From the IMG/VR virus record IMGVR_UViG_3300048854_000113, positions 6,999 through 70,998 of that record: a stretch of DNA of 64,000 bases. The stretch is one strand, 5' to 3'. Under the pieces are notes generated by a model. It saw nothing but the letters and a program-made list of their open reading frames with translations, ran no database searches and was not told the DNA's origin. This stretch comes from a virus (lineage: Duplodnaviria; Caudoviricetes). Made by a program: the position numbers and the translations under genes. Below, piece by piece: positions 45,372 through 54,543 of this stretch. How positions within the stretch are numbered: position 1 is the first letter of the stretch; the number at the start of each line of letters is the position of its first letter.

Positions 45372-46154
45372 ATGTCCTTTCAACTAGACCGCGTACTCAT
45401 GGAGTTCGTGCACCTGAACCTTCGACGCGAGATTCACGGCGACGAGCAGGTCAACGGAATCGATTTGCGCTTTCGTGTCGAGCTGTCGAACGAAACGATT
45501 GTTCATTTTTCGCCGACTCTGAAGACGTCTTTGTGGAAGCGCGAGGATACGCCTCAAAGTGACATTGAACCGGAGTCCGTTCCGTACACGATCGTTAAGA
45601 ACCCGGAGATGGGAACCATCAAATGGGACGTGAAATATGAGTGCGGCCGTTTCGTCGTACATCACGGAATCGACGAGAAGAGCGACATTGCCTTCGCGCT
45701 CGCGAAGGTCAACAAGTTTTCGATTCTTCCACGTAACGGTGGGCGCTATGTCTGCGAGTTTCGCGTGCAGATTAGCGATCCGGATGCGTCGGATATTGCC
45801 AAGCTAAGCGCGGTGCTCGGCCAGACGGTTTACGCAAGCGTGGATGCTGAAGGTGGTGAGCCGGATGAAGACGATGAGAACGGCAACGGTACCGGAGATC
45901 TAGCCGACCGCGTCACTGGCGCAGCGTCCGAGGACCCGATGTACAGCATGGCAAAGGAACTCATCAAGACGATGAAGAAAATCACTGTCAGCGGGGTCCA
46001 GCGTCATTTGAAGATCGGTTACGAACGGGCGAACGGTTTGGTCGAGCAACTCGAAATCGACGGACTGGTCACCGCAGAAGACGACAAGGGAAATCGGACC
46101 GCCGTTCAGCAAAAGGCTACGCGCGGCGGACGTCGCCTGGCAGCGGTCGAGTAA
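45372..46154 (+). CDS. Protein with C-terminal FtsK-gamma winged helix
   Basis: DPMYSMAKE...TVSGVQRHLKIGYERANGLVEQLEIDGLV. Confidence 0.75.
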   Translation: MSFQLDRVLMEFVHLNLRREIHGDEQVNGIDLRFRVELSNETIVHFSPTLKTSLWKREDTPQSDIEPESVPYTIVKNPEMGTIKWDVKYECGRFVVHHGIDEKSDIAFALAKVNKFSILPRNGGRYVCEFRVQISDPDASDIAKLSAVLGQTVYASVDAEGGEPDEDDENGNGTGDLADRVTGAASEDPMYSMAKELIKTMKKITVSGVQRHLKIGYERANGLVEQLEIDGLVTAEDDKGNRTAVQQKATRGGRRLAAVE

Positions 46155-46262
46155 CAGTTCAACGGGAGTCGCCGGCGGCAATAAGGCGTATGTAGCGCCG
46201 ACCCCTCTAGGCGCGCTGATCTACGCCGAGGCCGACGATTCCCACCCACATAAAGAGAAATC

Positions 46263-48074
46263 ATGCGTATCCAGCACATCACCACCACGAAGTTCGTCGG
46301 CGCCGTTGCGATCGACGTTGAGCTCGACACACCCGTCACGATCTTCGCTGGTCGAAATGGCGCTGGTAAGACGAGCCTGAAGCAGGCTATCGATGCAGCA
46401 CTGCTCGGCCATATGGGGCGCGTCGCGCTGAAGAAGGAATATGGATCAGCCATCACCGACGGCTCGAAGAAAGGCAGTGTGATTATCGAAACAGACGTGG
46501 GCACGGCAAGCTTCACACTGCCCGACGGCAAGCACACGGGCTTGACCACCTATCTCGGCGCGCTGCCGTACACGTTGAACCCTGCGCGTTTTGCTGCCGC
46601 CAGCACAGATGATCGCCGCACGTTTCTATATGAACTGACGGGCCTAAAGGCCACGCCGGAGATGGTGCGTGGCCTGTTGAAAGATCGGAAATGTGAGGAA
46701 AAGCGCATCGAGACCGTGATGCCGATGTTGCGTGCCGGTTTTCCGGCGGGCGTGAAGTTCGCCGAAGACAAGGCGCGGGAAGCAAAGGGCGCTTGGAAGG
46801 CAGTGACGGGCGAGCAGTGGGGGCGTGAGAAGTCGGACGGTTGGGAAGCGGAGGTGCCGGCATTCGATGCGAAACAACACACTGCCATCACCAAGCAGAT
46901 CGGGGACGCTGAAGTGGTTCTGCAGGATGCAAACCGCGAATTTGGTGCACTGGAAGAAAAGCATCGCGCGTACGCTACGACGCGGGCTGCTCACGAGATG
47001 AACGTTGAGGCGGCGCGCGGCTTAGACCGGCTGACCAAGAAGCTCGAGTTCGATCAAGCCGAATTGCTCAAAGCTGAACAGGCGCTCACCGCCGCCCAGG
47101 AACGCGCTGGCGCCGCACCGCGCGAGGGGTTGGTTCACGAGCTGGCAGACGCAGTCGGCGCGTTCTCGACGATCATCGCCGACAGCACGGGCGTTGTTCA
47201 ATCGAGCACCGGAGCAGTTATTTCGTGGGATAGCTTCGACCTTAGTCAAATAGCTGATTCGCTCGAAGCGTATGAAAAGCAACACGGCGCACTGGGCGCG
47301 GCCGGTGACGTCGGCGCCCGCGAACAGATCCCAGCGCTCACGGTCGCACGCGACACCATGCAGCGGTCCGTCAAGAACGACGAACGCGATATCGCCGTCG
47401 CGCGCGCCGCGCAAGAAGCGCTCAAGTTGACGTCCGACCTCGTTCCGGTGACGGATGAAGCGCTCGCCGAGCTGCGTGGAAAGGTATCGGAAGCATCGAA
47501 TCTGCTTCGCAACTTTCGCGGCAGCCTGGACAAGCTCGACACGGCACGGCGTGCCGCAGAGACCGCAACGGCCAACACGAAGAAAGCTGCGGAGCACCAC
47601 GAAGATGTCATCGCGTGGCTTGATATCGCCGACGCTCTTTCGCCGGATGGCATTCCCGGCGACATGCTCGCCAAGGTGCTTGAGCCGATCAATCAAAAGC
47701 TCAACGACTTCGCACATTTTGCCGCCTGGGCGGTGCCATGGATCGACAGCGACATGACGCTCCGTGCCGGTAAGCGCCCGTATGGATTGCTGTCCGAAAG
47801 CGAGCAATACCGGGTTGATGCGCTACTCGCGCTGACCATCGCCGTGCTGTCCGAAACGAAGCTTGTTGCTTTCGATCGCTTCGACGTGCTCGACCTGCCT
47901 GGTCGTGGCGATTTGCTCGCCCTGCTGGATGACATGGCAACGCAAGGCGAGATCGAAACCGCACTTGTATTTGCCACCCTGAAGAAAGTGCCGGAAGGCC
48001 TCAACGACACGATGCGTGCGCACTGGATAGCCGACGGCGAGCTGGTGAGTGCAGATGCCGCTGTCGCCGCTTGA
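46263..48074 (+). CDS. SMC/Rad50-like ABC ATPase
   Basis: GRNGAGKTS, coiled coil, LLSESEQ signature, FDRFDVLD. Confidence 0.85.
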   Translation: MRIQHITTTKFVGAVAIDVELDTPVTIFAGRNGAGKTSLKQAIDAALLGHMGRVALKKEYGSAITDGSKKGSVIIETDVGTASFTLPDGKHTGLTTYLGALPYTLNPARFAAASTDDRRTFLYELTGLKATPEMVRGLLKDRKCEEKRIETVMPMLRAGFPAGVKFAEDKAREAKGAWKAVTGEQWGREKSDGWEAEVPAFDAKQHTAITKQIGDAEVVLQDANREFGALEEKHRAYATTRAAHEMNVEAARGLDRLTKKLEFDQAELLKAEQALTAAQERAGAAPREGLVHELADAVGAFSTIIADSTGVVQSSTGAVISWDSFDLSQIADSLEAYEKQHGALGAAGDVGAREQIPALTVARDTMQRSVKNDERDIAVARAAQEALKLTSDLVPVTDEALAELRGKVSEASNLLRNFRGSLDKLDTARRAAETATANTKKAAEHHEDVIAWLDIADALSPDGIPGDMLAKVLEPINQKLNDFAHFAAWAVPWIDSDMTLRAGKRPYGLLSESEQYRVDALLALTIAVLSETKLVAFDRFDVLDLPGRGDLLALLDDMATQGEIETALVFATLKKVPEGLNDTMRAHWIADGELVSADAAVAA

Positions 48075-48104
48075 AACGTCGTTCTAACCACCCTGAGAAC
48101 TTAA

Positions 48105-48722
48105 ATGACCCCAATCATTTTCTACGACACCGAGACGACCGGTTTGCCGCAGTGGAGCCTTCCGTCCGAAGATCCGTCGCAGCCGCATATCACGCAACTT
48201 GCAGCCGAGCTGCTCGATGAGGATAGCGGCACTGTGCTGGCGTACATGGACTTCCTCATCAAGCCCGAAGGCTGGACCATCCCCGCTGATATCGAGGAAC
48301 TCACCGGGATCACGAACGAACGGGCAAACCTGTTCGGCGTGCCTATCGCCCAGGTGCTGCCGATCTTCCTCGACATGTGGAAGAAGTCGACCATGCGCAT
48401 CGCGCACAACGAATCGTTCGACATGCGGATGGTCCGCATCGAGCTGATGCGTTCGCTCGCGCACGGCGAGGAATACGCGGACTACTGGAAGGCCGGTCCG
48501 GCGTATTGCACGCAGGTCAAGAGCACGAAGCTCATCAACCTGCCGCCGACCGCAAAGATGCTTGCCGCCGGCCGGAAGAATGCCAAGTCGCCGAACCTCG
48601 GTGAGGCCTATCGCTACTTCACCGGTAACGAACTGGTCGGAGCTCACAACGCAGCGGCCGATCTCGACGGCTGCAAGGCGGTGTACTTCGGCATCAAAAG
48701 ACACACGGCAGCGTTTGCTTAA
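48105..48722 (+). CDS. DEDDh 3'-5' exonuclease (DnaQ-like)
   Basis: YDTETTG, AHNESFD, AHNAAAD. Confidence 0.92.
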   Translation: MTPIIFYDTETTGLPQWSLPSEDPSQPHITQLAAELLDEDSGTVLAYMDFLIKPEGWTIPADIEELTGITNERANLFGVPIAQVLPIFLDMWKKSTMRIAHNESFDMRMVRIELMRSLAHGEEYADYWKAGPAYCTQVKSTKLINLPPTAKMLAAGRKNAKSPNLGEAYRYFTGNELVGAHNAAADLDGCKAVYFGIKRHTAAFA

Positions 48723-48742
48723 TAGCTGATGTAGCTGACTCG

Positions 48743-49180
48743 ATGATCGACGGCGCCGCATGCGCTACGTGCGGCCGATACCTCGGCGAATCGGTTGGCT
48801 ACCCCCGGACGTGCGTCGAATGTGATGCTAAAGACAACAGCGAAGGGAGTAAGCGCAAGCGAGCGTCAAACCGTGTCGAGTCGAACCGAATATTGAGAGA
48901 AGCTGGCTACTTTTTCGAGGAATGTAACCACGGTGCTCATTTGATCGTCCAGACGATAGTCGGGCGTATCGACTTTTGGCCCGGCACGGGCAAGTTCATC
49001 GTGGCATCAACTAAGCATTCCGGTCGTGGCGTCTTCAATTTGATGAAGCATGCAGTTCCTTTAGTTCCTGAACCTGAGTCAAAAGAAATCCAGTGGAAGC
49101 CGCACATGTCGCGGTTTGCTGTCAATACATACGCCGCCGCAGGTTACATCGTGGTGGGAGAACCGGAGCGATCAGAGTGA
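48743..49180 (+). CDS. Hypothetical protein
   Basis: CxxC motifs; IDFWPGTGKF. Confidence 0.6.
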   Translation: MIDGAACATCGRYLGESVGYPRTCVECDAKDNSEGSKRKRASNRVESNRILREAGYFFEECNHGAHLIVQTIVGRIDFWPGTGKFIVASTKHSGRGVFNLMKHAVPLVPEPESKEIQWKPHMSRFAVNTYAAAGYIVVGEPERSE

Positions 49181-49545
49181 GCACGGACAAGATTCAAACC
49201 AAGCTGTACGAGCGGGCTGACGGTGCGCTAAAAACCGACGTCGAAACAATGATTGCCACGGTTCGAAAATACTTCTCGAAGTCTGGGTTCCGTCGTCTAC
49301 GTGTCGCTTATGGATATAACGTCGTCATCACAAAGGGCGATGGGCATCCGCTGGATGAAGCCGTCCGAAACGTTCTAAAAAATGCTTCGATCGCGATCTC
49401 GTACGACCTTCTGCTTGAGTCGCTTTCCAAAGACCTGTTTGAAGCGCAGCAGGTTGAGTGGCGCAAGGCAGAGGTCGAAGCGTTTTTCGAAAAGCTCGAT
49501 CGCCTTCGCGAAGACGTCGACGACCTACAAAACCGAGTGGAGTGA
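49177..49545 (+). CDS. Hypothetical protein
   Basis: GTGA overlap; 122 aa. Confidence 0.55.
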   Translation: MSTDKIQTKLYERADGALKTDVETMIATVRKYFSKSGFRRLRVAYGYNVVITKGDGHPLDEAVRNVLKNASIAISYDLLLESLSKDLFEAQQVEWRKAEVEAFFEKLDRLREDVDDLQNRVE

Positions 49546-50366
49546 TGGTCATGAGAGAAGACATCGAGAAGGCTCTCATGAGCCAGACCCAAGCGACTGC
49601 AAAGCAGATTGCAGCGAAGTTCGGCGGCGATCCTGTCGAGGTGGCCAAGGAACTCAACCGGATGCGTGCGGACGGCCGCGTTGAGCGTGAGAAGAAGCAG
49701 GGCGGTGGCAACGAGTATGTGTGGTGGCTGGTGAATGTGAATGCGGAGCAGTCGATGAGGCGGGTGTTCGTAACAGATCAACCGGTCGGCCAACATGGCG
49801 AAGACCATACACCCGCTGATCCGCTTTATGAACCGGCACTCTCGTTGAGCACGTTGCTGCGTGAACTTGCATCCGAGCCAGATTTGCCGACGTCGAGCAC
49901 GGTGGCGCTATCGACAGAATCGGAACCGACGTCCGCAGTTGCCGAGGCGCCTGAATTCCGCGAGGTCGACGGATCGATCCGAATCCTTTGCGAGCTGCTG
50001 GGCTTCGACGCTACTGCGACTGATACGCCGATTAAAGACGCGATCGCCGTCGTGGCCAGCCGCGTACAAGCCTCTCTGCAACTGAAGGAATACAACGAGC
50101 GGATCCAATCGGCGAACGAGAAGCTTCGATCGAACAATGCCGCGCTCGAGCGCCGCATCGACGAACTGACGATAGTCGACGCGGAGTTCGTGCCACACCC
50201 GCTGTATGTGACGGTAGGTCGTTATTCGCCTCCGAAGCGGCACGCGTCGCTGGAGAAGGCTCAGCGCCGTGCCAACGGGCTCGTTCGCAGCGAGAAGGAA
50301 ACGGAAGTACTCGTGTGCGAGCCGGTTGGCCGTGTTGTTCGTGGCAGCGAGTGGAGACCGACATGA
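49545..50366 (+). CDS. Winged-HTH plus coiled-coil protein
   Basis: ATAKQIAAKFG...VAKELNRMRADGRVER. Confidence 0.6.
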   Translation: MVMREDIEKALMSQTQATAKQIAAKFGGDPVEVAKELNRMRADGRVEREKKQGGGNEYVWWLVNVNAEQSMRRVFVTDQPVGQHGEDHTPADPLYEPALSLSTLLRELASEPDLPTSSTVALSTESEPTSAVAEAPEFREVDGSIRILCELLGFDATATDTPIKDAIAVVASRVQASLQLKEYNERIQSANEKLRSNNAALERRIDELTIVDAEFVPHPLYVTVGRYSPPKRHASLEKAQRRANGLVRSEKETEVLVCEPVGRVVRGSEWRPT

Positions 50367-50554
50367 AGCGCATCACCAAAGACATGGTCGACCGCGGAGG
50401 TTGGCGTTACTGCTGCGTCTGTCGAAAGCTTGGTCCGCGCGTGAAGGCGCATTGGCAACACGAAGGGCGCGAGTACTGCGATGAGCATAAGCCATCGTCG
50501 ACGCCTGAGACTCTGCCGCAAGGTGCTCAGTCAATGAATCGAGGGGCCGCGTAA
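50363..50554 (+). CDS. Small zinc-binding protein
   Basis: CCVC...YCDEH. Confidence 0.5.
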   Translation: MKRITKDMVDRGGWRYCCVCRKLGPRVKAHWQHEGREYCDEHKPSSTPETLPQGAQSMNRGAA

Positions 50555-50784
50555 TGGACTTCAATACGTGGTTCACGAAATCATGGGCGCGCGCGACGGC
50601 CGAGCTAGCGGCAACGGAACCTGCCGAGCGTGAGTTACCCGAGGGCATCTCCGAGCGCGGCGGCGTCTACTTCGCCGACTGCTGCATTTGCGGAAGTGAA
50701 ACCGAACTGCCTGTCGGTATCGATGAAATCCCGATGGTCGGCTATGAACATTACGGCAACTGCGGTCCAAGCTGCTGCCCTTAA
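50554..50784 (+). CDS. Small zinc-binding protein
   Basis: CCICG...CGPSCCP. Confidence 0.55.
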   Translation: MDFNTWFTKSWARATAELAATEPAERELPEGISERGGVYFADCCICGSETELPVGIDEIPMVGYEHYGNCGPSCCP

Positions 50785-50794
50785 GGAAAAGGAT

Positions 50795-51355
50795 ATGAGC
50801 ACGATTGTGACCAAAGAGCCACCGATGGAGCGCTACAGGCTGCGCGACGCTGGCACATGGGCATGGGCAACTATCGCCCTGCGCGACTATCAGAGGTCGG
50901 CCAACGACGGAACCATCCTGCACGGCGGCGAGATCCTTATCAATAGCGATTTTGGAAACTACGCATATAGCTGGGGAAACATGGGTTGCCCGCTCAAGCA
51001 GTTCCTCTGCGGCCTTGATCGCGGTTACATCATCGACAAGCTTGCGAATGGAAGCGAGTACGAGTTCGACTTCGACGGATCGGTCGTCCTCGTGAAGAAG
51101 GAGATCGTCAAGCAGCGCCGCGAGCACGATCTCGACAATATTGATGCGCGTCTAGCTTGGGATGAAATTCCGACAGATCCGTGCAGTCAAGACATGTTCA
51201 TCCACAGGCTGTTTGACTGCAAGCCGCTTGGCGGAGAGCCGTGGTGCTTCACGACAACGCGCGAGAAGCCTAGGCTCACCGCTTTCCATAAGCACGTCTG
51301 GCTGCCATTCATCGAGCATTTGCGCGCCGAAATTAGCGACGAGGTGACGGCATGA
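50795..51355 (+). CDS. Conserved-looking phage hypothetical protein
   Basis: SD AAGGA; INSDFGNYAYSW...YIIDKL. Confidence 0.65.
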   Translation: MSTIVTKEPPMERYRLRDAGTWAWATIALRDYQRSANDGTILHGGEILINSDFGNYAYSWGNMGCPLKQFLCGLDRGYIIDKLANGSEYEFDFDGSVVLVKKEIVKQRREHDLDNIDARLAWDEIPTDPCSQDMFIHRLFDCKPLGGEPWCFTTTREKPRLTAFHKHVWLPFIEHLRAEISDEVTA

Positions 51356-51537
51356 GCGGCCCCGAACTGTGGCGCGTGCTGCGCGGCCTTGAGCGCGAAG
51401 AGCTCGATCCTGCCGACGCAAGTCTGCTCCGGCCGGCATTCGCCGCGCTGCATGGCGGCGAGGCGATCGCGTTGCCTGAGGACGTGATCGCGCGCGTCCA
51501 CGAACTGAACGATGGCCGGGAAGGACGGAACTCATGA
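51352..51537 (+). CDS. Hypothetical protein
   Basis: ATGA coupling. Confidence 0.5.
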   Translation: MSGPELWRVLRGLEREELDPADASLLRPAFAALHGGEAIALPEDVIARVHELNDGREGRNS

Positions 51538-51731
51538 AACCCGAGCGCCGCGCGGTGGAGAAAGCACTTGCCAGATACGACCAGGCCGTCGACAAGACCG
51601 CGGTGCTCGCCTTGGAAGTACTCGGCGCGACAGCGCGGATGGTCGCCGTCGATATGGACAGACCGATATCGTTCGTGGCCGATGGCTTTTTAATCACGAG
51701 AGATTCTCAACAGGTCGGAGGTAACCGCTGA
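51534..51731 (+). CDS. Hypothetical protein
   Basis: ATGA coupling. Confidence 0.5.
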   Translation: MKPERRAVEKALARYDQAVDKTAVLALEVLGATARMVAVDMDRPISFVADGFLITRDSQQVGGNR

Positions 51732-51997
51732 TGCCATGCACGCCATTTCGTTTGCCAGGCGGCATATCAGGAATCGTCTGCACTCGCGGGCGGCCACGTG
51801 TGCCGCGTTGCTCGGTTCCCGGTTGCAATGCACCGAGCGGTTACCAGTGTGACTACCGAATCGAGCAAGCCAAAACCTGTGATCGGCATTTGTGCGCAGT
51901 GCATGCGCATCAGATCGGCGCCGACGCTCACTTCTGTCCGACACATCTATCGCAATCAAGCAAGCCGCAGGGCGATTTGTTTGGGGCGCCACGATGA
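51731..51997 (+). CDS. Cys/His-rich zinc finger protein
   Basis: CSVPGC...CDY...TCDRHLC..H...HFCPTH. Confidence 0.65.
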   Translation: MPCTPFRLPGGISGIVCTRGRPRVPRCSVPGCNAPSGYQCDYRIEQAKTCDRHLCAVHAHQIGADAHFCPTHLSQSSKPQGDLFGAPR

Positions 51998-52257
51998 AGC
52001 CGCTTCGTCGTCTGACGTGCTGGTGGTTCGGATGCGATCCCGATTACCTCGCGTGGCACTACCAGATGCCTGTGACGCCTTGCCTGCGCTGCGACAAACA
52101 GGATTGCGATTACGCGGACATGGTGGGCTTCACGCGTCACTACCGTTTCACTCAGTTCCTCTGGACGTGCTGGCACTGGCTGTCGTTTGGCTGGGTGCCG
52201 CGCCGCTGCAAGGAATGCGGTGAGTATCCAAGCAAATGCGACTGCCCACCGTTTTGA
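51994..52257 (+). CDS. Cys/Trp-rich protein
   Basis: TCWWFGC...CLRC...RCKECG...CDC. Confidence 0.55.
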   Translation: MKPLRRLTCWWFGCDPDYLAWHYQMPVTPCLRCDKQDCDYADMVGFTRHYRFTQFLWTCWHWLSFGWVPRRCKECGEYPSKCDCPPF

Positions 52258-52280
52258 ACGGTCGGCGAACAAGGAAAGAA

Positions 52281-52343
52281 ATGAAACGTGACCTGATGTC
52301 TCTCGCGCTGGATCTTGGCAGCGAGGTGTGCCATGGCAGGTAA
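52281..52343 (+). pseudogene. Possible 5' relic of a phage C5 DNA methyltransferase
   Basis: SD AAGGA, then MKRDLMSLALDLGSE followed by an early stop inside the HNH gene start. Confidence 0.4.
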
Positions 52344-52836
52344 GCCAATTCACGGACTGTCCTACACGCCCGAGTATCGCGCCTGGCAGACCATGCGCCT
52401 ACGCTGCATTGAGCCAACAAACGCTGCGTTTCACAATTACGGTGGCCGGGGCATCAAGGTCTGTGACCGCTGGCTTGAATCGCCGGCCAACTTCCTGGCC
52501 GACATGGGTCTGAAGCCTTCGCCCGCGCATGAGTTGGACCGCAAAGAAAATCATGGAAATTACGAGCCGGGCAACTGTCGCTGGGTTACTCGCAAGGTCA
52601 ATGACCGGAATCGCCGCAGCAATCGCTGGCTGGAATATGCGGGTGAAAAGCGGACGGTTGCCGATTGGTGCGAACAACTTGGACTTCGGCGCGACACGGT
52701 TCACAAACGTCTTGCTGGTGGCTGGACCGTCGAAGAAGCGCTGACTATCCCCGCACGACCGAAAGCCACGAATGGATCGGGTCGTGCCGCCGAGAACTTC
52801 ACTCACGAGAAACAGATTGCTGGAGCCGCAGCGTAG
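52333..52836 (+). CDS. HNH homing endonuclease
   Basis: EYRAWQTMRLRC...YGGRGIKVCDRW...ELDRKENHGNYEPGNCRW. Confidence 0.9.
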   Translation: MAGKPIHGLSYTPEYRAWQTMRLRCIEPTNAAFHNYGGRGIKVCDRWLESPANFLADMGLKPSPAHELDRKENHGNYEPGNCRWVTRKVNDRNRRSNRWLEYAGEKRTVADWCEQLGLRRDTVHKRLAGGWTVEEALTIPARPKATNGSGRAAENFTHEKQIAGAAA

Positions 52837-52879
52837 GCACGAAAAAAGGAATAATCATATGACCGCAGCGTTGGCATCG

Positions 52880-53491
52880 TCACCGCGCCAGCCGATCAGT
52901 TTGAGCGAGTCGATTTATGCGTCGTTCCAACCGGTCGCTTTCCTTAGCCATTCTTTCGACGATGGCCTGAGCTTTGGTTACGTCTGCCATAGGGTCGACG
53001 GTAGCCTGGAGCAAGCGAGAGATCCGTTGTTCGTACAGATAAACTGCGCGCCGTATCACTATTATTTCGCGTGCGATCGACGAATACGGAGGTATGTGAA
53101 GGGGGATGTCTCGCAATGCCTTGATGCCGCCTTCGGAAAGCGCACCCAACCCATTGATCGTCTCACGATAATTGGCGTTGCTCGCCATCCGCTGTTTGAC
53201 TGTCCTTTGCGTACGCCCGCACGCAAGATGCAACGTCCTAACAATAGTCATCACACCACGCAAGCGCTCGTTGCGGTCATCTCGAAGCGCCGCCATCGCT
53301 TGTTCCGACGCATGTCGCATTTGCATCCGCGTCACCATCACGGTGCCAACAATTGCAGCCACGGAACCAACGGCCTGGGCCCATGCGGCCCAGTCGGAGC
53401 TCTGCGCGGGCGGATAAAGAAGGAAGGCAGCAGCAAATATGCCGATTCCTACTCCGCTCATGAAGATTGCCACCCCGGAAAATCGTTTCAT
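52880..53491 (-). CDS. Membrane protein moron
   Basis: Two N-terminal TM helices, SDWAAWAQAVGSVAAI; antisense to the early operon. Confidence 0.75.
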   Translation of the reverse strand: MKRFSGVAIFMSGVGIGIFAAAFLLYPPAQSSDWAAWAQAVGSVAAIVGTVMVTRMQMRHASEQAMAALRDDRNERLRGVMTIVRTLHLACGRTQRTVKQRMASNANYRETINGLGALSEGGIKALRDIPLHIPPYSSIAREIIVIRRAVYLYEQRISRLLQATVDPMADVTKAQAIVERMAKESDRLERRINRLAQTDRLAR

Positions 53492-53509
53492 GCAGGCACC
53501 GAAAGCGTT

Positions 53510-53746
53510 CTACGGCCTGTCAAGGAATTCGTCGCTGTCGTCATCGGGATCCTCTCCCATAGCGATCAGCGACATGCGAAGCGTATCCATCTCTGCTTCT
53601 TCGAATTCGGGCGTGCCGACCTTGAGTTTGCTGATGCTGACTTTGCCTTGAGCGACTCGCATCGCGTCGATGCTTTGGGCGAACGACGTGGCCGCAAGCT
53701 TGTAGAAGGCGTCCGGATCTTCGGGGATTTGGGTTTGATCTGTCAT
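53510..53746 (-). CDS. Small acidic protein
   Basis: 78 aa, upstream of and co-oriented with the membrane moron. Confidence 0.6.
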   Translation of the reverse strand: MTDQTQIPEDPDAFYKLAATSFAQSIDAMRVAQGKVSISKLKVGTPEFEEAEMDTLRMSLIAMGEDPDDDSDEFLDRP

Positions 53747-53792
53747 TTCTGCCTTATCGGCAGCGCATCACAAAACTTTAGAGGAGATCACC

Positions 53793-54161
53793 ATGACATC
53801 GAAGCGAGTCTCTTATGAGCTCAGCGCGGAAAACTTCGTCGCGCGCATGCGCCCGGATTCACAGTACACGATTTATCAACTGGCAGCAAAGTTCAAGCTT
53901 CCGACTGATGCCGTGACACCACTTACGCGGCAGCTGGTCGATGAGGGCGTAATCGTTGTGATCAACACGCCGAAGAACCGCTATTACGTTCGCCCGGAGG
54001 GTGGAAAGGCACCGCAGCCTGCGCCAAAGCCGATCGACGACATTATATTGACGGTCGCCGGCCGGCGCGAGCCGCCAGACATGAAGGGCGTTTGGACCGG
54101 GCACGCCGAAGCAGTAGCAACCCGCATTTCCCTTTGCATGATCGCGCGGGGCATGCGCTAG
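53793..54161 (+). CDS. Winged-HTH protein
   Basis: SD GAGGAG; YTIYQLAAKFKL...LTRQLVDEG. Confidence 0.65.
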   Translation: MTSKRVSYELSAENFVARMRPDSQYTIYQLAAKFKLPTDAVTPLTRQLVDEGVIVVINTPKNRYYVRPEGGKAPQPAPKPIDDIILTVAGRREPPDMKGVWTGHAEAVATRISLCMIARGMR

Positions 54162-54169
54162 AACCGCCA

Positions 54170-54415
54170 TCACGCGGTGTTCGACTCGCGCAGATAGCGA
54201 TCGATCACGCCAGCACCGAAGGCAACACCAATGTCGCGCGCCATATGCGCCGGGAAGGGGCCGTCCGGTAAGCGCATGACCTCTGCCGTCAGCGGCGTGA
54301 TGCGCGCCACGTCAGGGTTGGTTATGCGGCAGCTGATTCCGGCTTTACCGTCGCTGGTGGGGAACACCTGCACGTGAATGGCATAGCCGCGGTAGAAGTC
54401 CGTGAATTCTGGCAT
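54170..54415 (-). CDS. Hypothetical protein divergent from the duplicated promoter
   Basis: SD AAGGGG; YRGYAIHV motif. Confidence 0.6.
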   Translation of the reverse strand: MPEFTDFYRGYAIHVQVFPTSDGKAGISCRITNPDVARITPLTAEVMRLPDGPFPAHMARDIGVAFGAGVIDRYLRESNTA

Positions 54416-54469
54416 CGCTGATCCCCTTTGTCTTGCGCAGTCTCACGTCTCTACATGCGCGGATTAACA

Positions 54470-54508
54470 CTAGTTTTTCTTGCATTACTAGATTTTCCAG
54501 CATATATT
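54470..54508 (+). promoter_or_regulatory. Second copy of PL with two CI operators
   Basis: TTGCAT-17bp-TATATT; CTAGTTTTTCTTG 54470-54482 and CTAGATTTTCCAG 54488-54500; one mismatch to the 40669 copy over 41 bp. Confidence 0.88.
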
Positions 54509-54543
54509 TCAGCCGTGGGCAGCGTAGTTTAATCCGATGAGGG

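Noticed and set aside
52772-53818. 348 aa + strand ORF across the antisense cassette
   Set aside because: No SD or motifs; the - strand ORFs have TM segments and plausible SDs.
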